Below are positions 38,975 through 47,190 of a DNA stretch of 64,000 nt, piece after piece. This stretch comes from Vicinamibacterales bacterium (GTDB lineage Bacteria; Acidobacteriota; Vicinamibacteria; Vicinamibacterales; JAMQPK01). The DNA lies in the NCBI GenBank assembly GCA_963850295.1, contig CAWKKU010000014.1, positions 334,010-398,009 on the forward strand, written 5' to 3'. The stretch's first letter is position 1. Every line of letters starts with the position of its first letter. The notes under the pieces are model-generated. The model had not been told where the DNA came from and made no database searches. It saw only the letters and a list, made by a program, of their open reading frames with translations. Position numbers and translations under genes: made by a program.

Positions 38975-40185
38975 GTTGTGTCTCCAGCGCGACCTACGCC
39001 GATTGTCTGGCGTTCCGTGACGCTCTCGTCGACACCCCGTTTCCAGCTGATCCGGGGTCGAAACACCAGTTTGTCCACGCGCGCCGCGTTCTCGCGAACG
39101 ACGGCAAGCATACGGTCCAGCACCTCGTCCGTCAGAAGATGCGACTTCAATCCGAGCTCGGGCAGCTTCGTATGGACCGCATTGTAATAATGCTGCTCGG
39201 CCTCGACTCGCGGATTGGGCAGGTGATCGACGGCGACCGTCAGCCCGGCACGGCGTCCAGCGGCTTCGACGCGGTGCGCCAGGTCCATTACCGAAAATCG
39301 CTCGGTGAACTGATTGAAGACGCGAAACTCACCGGGCGCGGCGGGATTGTCGGAGGCGAGCGCGACGCACTGGATCGTATCGCGTATGTTGAGAAACCCT
39401 CGGGTCTGTCCGCCCGCACCATAGACCGTCAGCGGTTCTCCGACCGCGGCCTGCACCATGAATCGATTCAGCACCGTCCCGAAAACGTCGTCGTAGTGAA
39501 AAGACGTTCTCAGATCCGAGTGCAATGCGGTCTCGTCGGTCTCGATTCCATAGACGACACCCTGGTTGAGATCGGTACAGCGGAAGCCCCATACCCTGCA
39601 TGCGAACTCCAGGTTCGCCGAGTCGTGAACCTTCGAGAGATGGTAAAAGCTGCCCGGCCGCTTCGGAAACAGCACGGTGTCCTTGCGGCCTTTGTGCTCG
39701 AGGGTGATCCAGCCCTCTTCGATATCGATGTTCGGCGTGCCGTACTCACCCATCGTCCCGAGTTTCACGAGGTGGGCATCGGGGCAGTGACTTTGCATCG
39801 CGAACAACACGTTCAGCGTGCCGATGATGTTGTTGTGCTGCGTGTACACCGCAGCGGAGCGGCTTTGCATCGAATACGGCGCCGACGGCTGTTCGGCGTA
39901 ATGAATGACCGCATCCGGGCGAAATTCCCGAATCGCCTTGTAGACGAACCGGTGGTTGCAGAGATCGCCGACGAACAGCCCGATCTCCCGGCCGCCGATC
40001 GACTGCCACAGTCTCAGCCGCCGATGCAGCGGGAGAATCGGCTGTAGCGGCTCGATGCCCTCTTCGAGCTCCCATTGCCGCTTTGCAAAATTATCGAGCA
40101 CGGCCACGTCATCGCCGCGCGCGGAAAAATACATTGCTGTCGGCCACCCCAGATAGCCATCGCCGCCGAGAATCAGTATCCGCAT
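38971..40185 (-). CDS. sqdB: SQD1/SqdB-like UDP-sulfoquinovose synthase family (extended SDR)
   Basis: 404 aa. MRILILGGDGYLGWPTAMYF...VAVLDNFAKRQWE...HYAEQPSAPYSMQSRSAAVYTQHNNIIGTLNVLFA...LVKLGTMGEYGTPNIDIEEGWITLEHKGRKDTVLFPKRPGSFYHLSKVHDS...TDLNQGVVYG. These blocks match the SQD1 family as I remember it. The substrate is not proven. Confidence 0.7.
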   Translation of the reverse strand: MRILILGGDGYLGWPTAMYFSARGDDVAVLDNFAKRQWELEEGIEPLQPILPLHRRLRLWQSIGGREIGLFVGDLCNHRFVYKAIREFRPDAVIHYAEQPSAPYSMQSRSAAVYTQHNNIIGTLNVLFAMQSHCPDAHLVKLGTMGEYGTPNIDIEEGWITLEHKGRKDTVLFPKRPGSFYHLSKVHDSANLEFACRVWGFRCTDLNQGVVYGIETDETALHSDLRTSFHYDDVFGTVLNRFMVQAAVGEPLTVYGAGGQTRGFLNIRDTIQCVALASDNPAAPGEFRVFNQFTERFSVMDLAHRVEAAGRRAGLTVAVDHLPNPRVEAEQHYYNAVHTKLPELGLKSHLLTDEVLDRMLAVVRENAARVDKLVFRPRISWKRGVDESVTERQTIGVGRAGDTT

Positions 40186-40204
40186 CGTGGTAAATGTCCT
40201 TTCT

Positions 40205-40932
40205 TCAGGAGGTGCCCCAGTTGAGATGGTCCAGCCGAACGGCTCCGGCGGCCAGCAGGGCTTCGGCGGCTTCGAGATCGTGAGGGTCGTCCACCTCCAG
40301 CTCGTACGGCGGGTCGATCACCTGTGCGTAAGCTGGTTCCGCGTAGAAACTGCCGCCGCGCTCCAGCGCATCGGTGCGGGCAGCAATCAGATTACCAAAC
40401 GCCCACAACGCCGGTTTTTCCTGCTTGTGTCTGGCTATGTTCCGCTCGGCCGCGAACAAGAACGACACTCTGCCGTCGGATCCAGTCGTTCGCTGGTTCC
40501 ACGCGTGGCACTTATGCGTGACGCGCACCACGTTGTGAACCGACGCTGCCTCCGGCCGGTTCTCGAGAAGGTCAGCAGGGCGGAGATGTGCTCTGGAAGA
40601 AGAAACGGGCTGGAGGGCTGAACCAGGACAATGACGTCGGGCCTGCTGCCCGGCTGAAGCGACGCGAGGAAGTCGCGCGCGACGTCATCCACCCTCGCCT
40701 CATCTGTCGCAAGATGATCGGGTCGCCGAACGACATCGACCCCCAACTGGCGCGCTCGCGCCGCGATCGGTTCGCTGTCGGTCGAACACACGATGCGGCC
40801 CAGAGACGGGCTGGCCTTAGCCGCGGCGATACCGTAATCGATCAATGGGCGACCCGCCAGTGGCGCAATGTTCTTCAACGGTATGCCGCGCGAGCCGCCA
40901 CGCGCCGGAATCAAGGCCCAGTGGGTTGTCAT
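40205..40932 (-). pseudogene. neuA: Acylneuraminate (CMP-nonulosonate) cytidylyltransferase, NeuA family, one frameshift near 40565-40585
   Basis: N-terminal part in 40435..40932 (ALIPARGGSRGIPLKNIAPLAGRPLIDYGI...VQPSSPFLLPEHISALL). C-terminal part in the 40205..40531 frame (DLLENRPEAASVHNVVRVTHKCHAWNQ...GNLIAARTDAL...DDPHDLEAAEALL). Confidence 0.7.
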
Positions 40933-40938
40933 TGACGC

Positions 40939-42114
40939 TTAGTAGGCAATCGTCTTCTCGAGTGGAGGCAGCGGCGAAGCGAGCAGCGCGGCGATCCGCT
41001 GTCCGGCGCGGCCGTCTCCATAAAGCATGTCAGGTTCATACCGGCCGTGGGCAATCTGCTGCCGCGCTGCCGTCACGATCGACGCACGGTCGTCGGGTGC
41101 GTCGATCACATTACCGGCACGAGCCCGCCCTTGCTGCCGTGCTCCGACATTGACCACAGGTACGCCGAGGAACGCCCCTTCGCGGAGGCCGCTCGAGGTG
41201 TTTCCGATGAGACATCTGGCATGGTGCAGCAGGGTCGCATACGCGTCGAACGGCAGGCTGCCGACACAGCGCACCGGCGGCGCGCCGGGATCGCGCTGAA
41301 GTGATTCGACCGGGCCGAGCGCTTCCGCGGCGCCGGCATCCATATTCGGCAGAACCCAGACGGCAGGCAGCTGCAGCTCGCGCACCGCTCCCGCAATCTC
41401 GGCAAAGTGCCGGGCCGCGTCGGCAATCCTCGTGACGATTGGATGATGTGAGACCACGACGAAATCCGACCGCAGGTTCACAACCGGCCCGGTTCCGCGC
41501 TCGTCGCACACCCGCTCGACATGGTCCAGGTTCTCCAGGTCGATATCGGCAAGTTGATCGAGGCTCGGCGTTCCGACGATATGGACGCCTTCCGGGGGTT
41601 CACCCATGCGGCATACCCGCACCGCGGCTTCCTCGTTCGCGACGAAGTGGAGATGAGCGAGCTTCGTCACGGCGTGACGGATCCGTTCGTCGATCGAACC
41701 GGAGACCTCTCCGCCTTCGACATGCGCGATCGGCACGTTCATACACACGGCGGCTTGAGCCTGCGCCAGGGCTTCGTAACGATCGGCAATGATGACGACA
41801 ATCTCCGGACGAAGCCTGGCAAGCGTATCGGCGAACACGCCAAGACACTTCGAAGCCGACCGCGCCATCGCGTGCAGCGTGTCGCCCTCATCAACGTAGT
41901 CGAACACGCCGTCAATGGTGAATCCGTCCTTGGCCAGGATGGGCTCGAACCGGCCGTATCGTTCGAGCACGAGGCCGCCGCCGACAACAGTCTGCAGGGT
42001 GAGACGGGGATCCGCAACGATCGCCTGCATGGTGGATTTCATCTTCGCGTAGTTGCCGCGTGTCGTCAGCGCGACCAGCACCTTTCTCGTCGTCACGTGG
42101 TTACAAGAGGTCAT
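40939..42114 (-). CDS. neuC: UDP-N-acetylglucosamine 2-epimerase, hydrolysing type (NeuC family), second copy
   Basis: The likely start is ATG 42114 (or GTG 42096), just inside the upstream NeuB stop. KVLVALTTRGNYAKMKSTMQAI...IIADRYEALAQAQAAVCMNVPIAHVEGGEVSGSIDERIRHAVTKLAHLHF...GNTSSGLREGAFLGVPVVNVGARQ. Confidence 0.75.
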   Translation of the reverse strand: MTSCNHVTTRKVLVALTTRGNYAKMKSTMQAIVADPRLTLQTVVGGGLVLERYGRFEPILAKDGFTIDGVFDYVDEGDTLHAMARSASKCLGVFADTLARLRPEIVVIIADRYEALAQAQAAVCMNVPIAHVEGGEVSGSIDERIRHAVTKLAHLHFVANEEAAVRVCRMGEPPEGVHIVGTPSLDQLADIDLENLDHVERVCDERGTGPVVNLRSDFVVVSHHPIVTRIADAARHFAEIAGAVRELQLPAVWVLPNMDAGAAEALGPVESLQRDPGAPPVRCVGSLPFDAYATLLHHARCLIGNTSSGLREGAFLGVPVVNVGARQQGRARAGNVIDAPDDRASIVTAARQQIAHGRYEPDMLYGDGRAGQRIAALLASPLPPLEKTIAY

Positions 42115-43138
42115 CCAGGCGGAACGCGTCCTCGGCCGCCACCCGCAAGCGCAGCACGCGGCCTTCGATCTCATCGAATCGATCCGGGGGGATACCGCCG
42201 CCGGGCCGCATGGCAAGCACGTCGGCGCGAGTGATGCGGTGCCCCGCATCGAGATCCCGCGCCGCGACCAGTGACTTCGTGGCCCACACCTGGCCCGGCT
42301 GTTCGCAGGCAGCCGGCTCCTTTGCCGCCCGCCCGAGCATCGCCTCGATGCGCCGAATCGACGTGACGATTCCGGCAAAATCGTCCCGGCCCGCCGACAC
42401 CTTCCAGTCTTGTGCGTTTGGCACGTCTCTAAGGATGGTGATGTGTTTCTCAATCACCTTCGCGCCTCTCGCAACCGCGGCGTACACGGCCAACGCGTCC
42501 GCGGTATGGTCCGACCAACCCACCGGGACGGGCGCGATCTGCGAGAGCACGTCCATCGCGCGCAAATTCAGCGCCTCATCGGGCGCCGGGTACGCGGTCA
42601 CGCAGTGCAGGAGCGCCACCTCGCGGCATCCGCCCTGCGCGCACGCGTCCAGGGCCTGCCGCACGTCGTGCTCGCGATACATACCAGTCGAGACGATCAC
42701 CGGCTTGCCCAGCGATGCCAATGCGCGGATGAATGAAGGGTTGTTTCGCTCGCCGGATCCGACTTTCACGGCGGGCACGTCGAGGTGCACCAGCCACGGG
42801 ATTCGGCTCTCGTCGTGCGCGGTCGCGAGGAAGAGCATGCCTCGAGAGACACACCGGTCGCGCAGCTCCTCGCATTGTTCCAACGTCAGGTTGCGCGGTC
42901 GCAATCGCTGGCGCCAATCATCGGCGCGCCGTGCGATGAGAAGATCGACGTCGAAGACCTGAGTTTTGAAGGCGTCGGCGCCGGCGTCGGCCGCAAGATC
43001 CACGAGCTCTCTCGCCAGGCCCATATCGCCGAAGTGACTGACGCCTGCCTCGGCGATGATCAGGCACGCAGCCCCGGGACCCACTTCGCGCCCACCGATA
43101 CGAAATGACGCGGCGAAATTCGCGGCCTGATTCAGCAC
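42101..43138 (-). CDS. neuB: NeuB-family nonulosonic acid synthase (N-acetylneuraminate / pseudaminate / legionaminate synthase type)
   Basis: 345 aa. CLIIAEAGVSHFGDMGLARELVDLAADAGADAFKTQ...VKVGSGE...VIVSTGM...LLHCVTAYPAP...GWSDHT, plus a C-terminal SAF-like domain. The symbol is family-level only. Confidence 0.8.
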   Translation of the reverse strand: MLNQAANFAASFRIGGREVGPGAACLIIAEAGVSHFGDMGLARELVDLAADAGADAFKTQVFDVDLLIARRADDWRQRLRPRNLTLEQCEELRDRCVSRGMLFLATAHDESRIPWLVHLDVPAVKVGSGERNNPSFIRALASLGKPVIVSTGMYREHDVRQALDACAQGGCREVALLHCVTAYPAPDEALNLRAMDVLSQIAPVPVGWSDHTADALAVYAAVARGAKVIEKHITILRDVPNAQDWKVSAGRDDFAGIVTSIRRIEAMLGRAAKEPAACEQPGQVWATKSLVAARDLDAGHRITRADVLAMRPGGGIPPDRFDEIEGRVLRLRVAAEDAFRLDDLL

Positions 43139-43917
43139 CGGTCACCGCCGGTGATCAGCGCGGGAAGGAGGTCGCGACGATGCGCCACCAGATGCGTCAC
43201 CCGTTTGGTCGGGTAGTACCGGATGCGAGCTCCGGGCATGAGCTGACGGAACGCCCACAGCGTCGTAATGCGTTGATCGATCATCGCAGCCACCGGCCGG
43301 TCCGGCGTGCGCAAGAGGAGGTTGATGAAATCGCTATTGAATGGCTTTTCCTCCGTAGGGCTGCGTGGAGGGCCAGCCGGACCGTCCACGAACACGAACT
43401 CGTACGGATGTTCGGGTACGTCGCGATAGAAGATGCCGGGCAATCCCGCGTATTGCCGCGACCCGAGCTCCGAATGGTGAAATTCCACCCACTGCCGCAG
43501 CTGCGGCGGCAAACGGGCCGCGGCTCGCTCCACGTACGAGAGGGACTCGTCGAGGGAGATCAGGCGGCCGCGCTGATTTTCGGCCAGCGCCGTGGCAATG
43601 ACCCCCGAGCTGACGCCACTGCCGCATTCGAGCACCCATAAAGGCGCGTTCCGGCGTACCCAGCTGTACAGCTCCCAATAATCCGAAAAACTGCAGCCGG
43701 TGGAACCGGTCGGCGTCATCCCCTGGACGACCTCGTACAGCCCCGGATGATGCAGGCGAACGTGGGCATCCATCTTCCTGTCGTTGACCACGCGGGCATA
43801 GTGAATCGGATTCAGCGCGTGCGGCTTGGCCGCATAGTAGAGGTAATTCGCGGCCATACGTTTCAGCTGCACGGCGCGTGTCTTCACGGTATGGCCCGGT
43901 CGCACGATGGCGTTCAC
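43132..43917 (-). CDS. Methyltransferase-like protein (class I SAM fold, Methyltransf_24-like), weak call
   Basis: 261 aa; GTG start in a GTGA overlap. WVLECGSGVSSGVIATALAENQRGRLISLDES...YEFVFVDGP. Lies between two NeuB paralogues. Confidence 0.4.
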   Translation of the reverse strand: MNAIVRPGHTVKTRAVQLKRMAANYLYYAAKPHALNPIHYARVVNDRKMDAHVRLHHPGLYEVVQGMTPTGSTGCSFSDYWELYSWVRRNAPLWVLECGSGVSSGVIATALAENQRGRLISLDESLSYVERAAARLPPQLRQWVEFHHSELGSRQYAGLPGIFYRDVPEHPYEFVFVDGPAGPPRSPTEEKPFNSDFINLLLRTPDRPVAAMIDQRITTLWAFRQLMPGARIRYYPTKRVTHLVAHRRDLLPALITGGDRC

Positions 43918-44969
43918 GCGATATCGCTTTCGGTCAACAGCGAGTTCTTCGGCAGGAACACCACTGTGCGGCGGCCAAGCAGTTCCGGAAGACGCCGAGG
44001 CGCGAACCCCGTGCCCGGCTTCTTCGTCGTCAGGTCGTGCTCGGACAGAATCGTGCCCGCCGGCAGGTCGCGAGCCGTGACGATGCTCTTCTCGAAAATC
44101 GCTTTCATTTCGCGGAATTGATCGATGTCGTCCTTGTCGATTGGATTGGCCAGCGCCGCCTCGACCTCACGAATCCCGCGCACGAGGTCGGCGAACTCGG
44201 CGGGTTCATGCGAGAACGGCGAGTCCGGGCCGAACATCCGTTTGCTCAAGGTGAAGTGCTTTTCGATGACATGTGCGCCGAGGGCAACAGCGGCAATCGA
44301 CGCAAATATCGTCGTCGTATGGTCGGACAGCCCGACCGGCCGCCGATAGCGCTCCCGCATGTCCTCGAGCAGATTCAGGCCGACGCTGTGCGGCGGACAT
44401 GGATAGGTCGACGTACATTGAAGGATGACGATCTGATCGTGGTGCCTGCTGACCGCGGCGTAGGCCTGGTCCAGCTCGGCCCACGAGCTCATTCCGGAAG
44501 AGAGAAACACCGGCCGGCGCAGACGTCCGACCCGGTCGAGAAGTGGAAGATTGGTCACTTCTCCCGATGGAATCTTGTAGCCGTCGATCCCGACCTCTTC
44601 CAGAAGGTCGACCGCTTCGATGCTGAATGGTGACGACAGCAGCAGGACACCGCGCTGTCTGGCAAATTCCCGCAACTCGAGGTATTGCTCTCTGCCGAAC
44701 GCGATGCGTCGAAAGTAGTCGCCGCGTGATTCGTTCGGACGAAAGTACGGCGGGAACGGCGCCTGGGGAATCATCTCGGCGTCCGCGATATGGGTCTGCA
44801 GCTTCACCGCGTCGGCGCCCGATTCCGCCGCCGCCGCGATGAGCGCCTGCGCCTGCCCGAGGCTGCCTTCGTGCGTGTTGCCAATCTCCGCGACGATGAG
44901 CGCCGGAAAGCCCTCGCCGATGCGGCGATTCGCGATGATGACCGGCGGCATCGCTACATCGTGCTTCAT
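43914..44969 (-). CDS. neuB: NeuB-family nonulosonic acid synthase, second copy
   Basis: Start ATG 44969 in an ATGA overlap. ALIVAEIGNTHEGSLGQAQALIAAAAESGADAVKLQTH...YKIPSGE...VFLSSGM...ILQCTSTYPCP...GLSDHT, plus a SAF-like C-terminus. Confidence 0.8.
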   Translation of the reverse strand: MKHDVAMPPVIIANRRIGEGFPALIVAEIGNTHEGSLGQAQALIAAAAESGADAVKLQTHIADAEMIPQAPFPPYFRPNESRGDYFRRIAFGREQYLELREFARQRGVLLLSSPFSIEAVDLLEEVGIDGYKIPSGEVTNLPLLDRVGRLRRPVFLSSGMSSWAELDQAYAAVSRHHDQIVILQCTSTYPCPPHSVGLNLLEDMRERYRRPVGLSDHTTTIFASIAAVALGAHVIEKHFTLSKRMFGPDSPFSHEPAEFADLVRGIREVEAALANPIDKDDIDQFREMKAIFEKSIVTARDLPAGTILSEHDLTTKKPGTGFAPRRLPELLGRRTVVFLPKNSLLTESDIA

Positions 44970-46438
44970 CGATTCGATCCCGATGCCGCGAGCTGCAGCA
45001 AGTGTTCGCCGATCCGTCTCCCGGCGGTGCCGGGATAGGGACCGCACTCCCGTTCGCGGATACGCGTGCGTCCCTCCCGATCCATTTCGGGTCGAGTCAG
45101 GTAGCCGTTGATGCACTCGAGCAGTTCCGCGGGCGTCGTTGCCGTCCGCGTGCCCCCGGTCGCGACAATCCGCTTCAGGTGAGCATAGTTGGCAACCGCC
45201 GTGTACGGCTGTCCCATCCGATGGCTGTAGCGCGCAAAAGCGACGTTCACCACGGGCTTGTCGAAGATGCAGGCCTCGAGCATCACCGTTGAGAATGTCG
45301 TGACCAGCACGTCGCAATGGCGCAGCAGATCCTGCAGATCGGCCGCGTCCTCGGCGGCAAGATCGAACGACACGGCCCGCGTATTCAATCTGGGGCGGGT
45401 CAAGCGCATATGCGGGTAGGCCGCCGCCGCTTCTTCAATCTGCGGCAGCGCCTCCCGCGCGATTGCCTCGCGCGTCCGGCTGAAGTAATTCGGATGGAGT
45501 CGCACGAGCACCTGACAGTCGCCGACCAGCGCATTTTCCGCAACAGCTTTTCCGAGAATGTGCACGACGTCCGCATTCAACTCGGCGAAGCCCGTCGGTG
45601 CCGCGGTCGCGAACAGCACGAGCCGTTTCCGCGGATCGAGCCCGAAGTGACGAAACAGCTCCTCGCGCGTACGGCTCTCGCCCCGGTAGTAGCGATCCCA
45701 GTGGGCAACACCACCCACGAAGATCTGCCCGCCGGTGAGGTCCTGGTACTCGACGAGCTCCTGCTTCATCGTCGGCGTCCATGCCACGACAAAGTCCGGC
45801 GCCGCCCCTCCGATACCCCGGCTGCTGGAGTTGTCCCAGCTCAGCACCACCGACGCCACACGGCATCCGAAACGCCGGGCCTGTCTCATCAACAGCACAT
45901 CAGGTCCGCGCAGGTTGCCGACGCTGGTCACAACGAGAAGATCCGGACGGTGAGTCCGGAACAGCGGCTCGTACAGTCGCGGCGTATACAGCATCGATTC
46001 GAAGGCGACGAGGCTTCGCCGGAGCAGCCGGCTCCGCCGCAGCAGCCAAACCGGCGCTCTCCTGAGGCCGTCGATGACGCGAATCCGCCACTCGCCTCTC
46101 GCGACTTCGCGCTTCCGGCGTGCCTCGAACGTCGCGAGATCGGCTGTCTGTTTCGCGGTCATGTCTCTCAACAGCCGGAGGTGGCGGTGCAGCCGGGAAC
46201 TCTTGAAATAGGCGAGTCCCGCATCGACGTCGTAGTGTTCGAGCGAGACGTTCTCGCCGGAAAACTCCTGAATGAAATACGGCTCGCGAGCGTGAGGACT
46301 GAGGATAACGAGATGTGCCCCCGATTCCTTCAACGTCCGGTAAATGTCGGTACGCAACAGGTAGCGTGAAGAAAAACCCTGATCGGTCGCGAGCAGCACC
46401 GTTGGCCGGCGACCCGTCCGTTCTGGCGCATCGATCAC
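44966..46438 (-). CDS. GT-B-like protein of uncertain function (TagF / surface-carbohydrate-biosynthesis-protein-like), paralogous in layout to 35179..36498
   Basis: The proposed GTG start at 46438 is in a GTGA overlap with the regulator stop. RPTVLLATDQGFSSRYLLRTDIYRTLKESGAHLVILSP; C-terminal LLRHCDVLVTTFSTVMLEACIFDKPVVNVAF. Confidence 0.35.
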   Translation of the reverse strand: MIDAPERTGRRPTVLLATDQGFSSRYLLRTDIYRTLKESGAHLVILSPHAREPYFIQEFSGENVSLEHYDVDAGLAYFKSSRLHRHLRLLRDMTAKQTADLATFEARRKREVARGEWRIRVIDGLRRAPVWLLRRSRLLRRSLVAFESMLYTPRLYEPLFRTHRPDLLVVTSVGNLRGPDVLLMRQARRFGCRVASVVLSWDNSSSRGIGGAAPDFVVAWTPTMKQELVEYQDLTGGQIFVGGVAHWDRYYRGESRTREELFRHFGLDPRKRLVLFATAAPTGFAELNADVVHILGKAVAENALVGDCQVLVRLHPNYFSRTREAIAREALPQIEEAAAAYPHMRLTRPRLNTRAVSFDLAAEDAADLQDLLRHCDVLVTTFSTVMLEACIFDKPVVNVAFARYSHRMGQPYTAVANYAHLKRIVATGGTRTATTPAELLECINGYLTRPEMDREGRTRIRERECGPYPGTAGRRIGEHLLQLAASGSNR

Positions 46439-47052
46439 AACCAGTGCACCCGGTCGAGCGGCACATCGGCCTCGGTCAGCGTCGCCGCTGTCCGCTCCCG
46501 ATCGTCGAACGACATGACCAGCAGCCAATCGAACGGCTCGCCGCCGAGTTGCTGCCCCCGCAGGTCGGTCATCGGATAGATCGGCACGTTGAAGAACCGG
46601 GCGCGGCGCGTGTCACCAATGACGCCGATCAGCTGCAGCTCGGTTTCCTGCAGGCACACATACCCGATTTCGGCGACCTCACCAGCTCCGAGAAATACGA
46701 TACGGCGCTCGCCCGGCGCGCCATCGCCGCCGGGTGTGCCGTTCGGACCGATGTTGGCGAACTGCTCACGGATGCGATTGCGTGCGTCCGTATAGAACCG
46801 GACGGAATACTGCAACGAATCCCTCGACATCCGTGCCTTTTCGGCAATGCCGGTGGGCGTCAGGAGATATCTCACCCGATTCGGCCTGATCTGAATCATG
46901 CGCACCCAGCCCTTTTTCACCAGCCGGCGCAGCAGCAGGTTGGTGAGGCCGAGCGCAATCCCGAGGCTCCGAGCCAACGAGCGCTGCGATTGATGCTGAT
47001 CGGCCTCTATGGCCGTGAGCAGCTTGTGGGTGTGTTGGTCGTGGGAAGCCAA
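46435..47052 (-). CDS. Winged-helix (MarR-like) DNA-binding domain fused to a Rossmann/CoA_binding_3-like domain; putative locus regulator
   Basis: 205 aa. QRSLARSLGIALGLTNLLLRRLVKKGWVRMIQIRPNRVRYLLTPTGIAEK, then RIVFLGAGEVAEIGYVCLQETELQLIGVIGD...VPIYPMTDL. Preceded by the only sizeable lower-GC gap on this strand. Confidence 0.55.
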   Translation of the reverse strand: MASHDQHTHKLLTAIEADQHQSQRSLARSLGIALGLTNLLLRRLVKKGWVRMIQIRPNRVRYLLTPTGIAEKARMSRDSLQYSVRFYTDARNRIREQFANIGPNGTPGGDGAPGERRIVFLGAGEVAEIGYVCLQETELQLIGVIGDTRRARFFNVPIYPMTDLRGQQLGGEPFDWLLVMSFDDRERTAATLTEADVPLDRVHWL

Positions 47053-47190
47053 AGCAGTACCAGAGACACTTCGTGCCCTTCGGTTACAGATGAACTTACA
47101 GACAGGATGGTGCTTAGGGGGAGACCGTTCACGACGTGAACGACTGAATTCTGAAGTGAGAAGGGGCTCATGTCAAGGATTAACCGGTGG
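47053..47190 (-). promoter_or_regulatory. Candidate promoter/operator region upstream of the wHTH regulator gene
   Basis: A 138-bp gap, visibly less GC-rich than its surroundings. It contains a perfect palindrome CGTTCAC-GAC-GTGAACG at 47126-47142 and a direct repeat TTACAGA at 47084-47090 and 47096-47102 (12-bp spacing), 30-50 nt upstream of the ATG at 47052. Confidence 0.35.
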
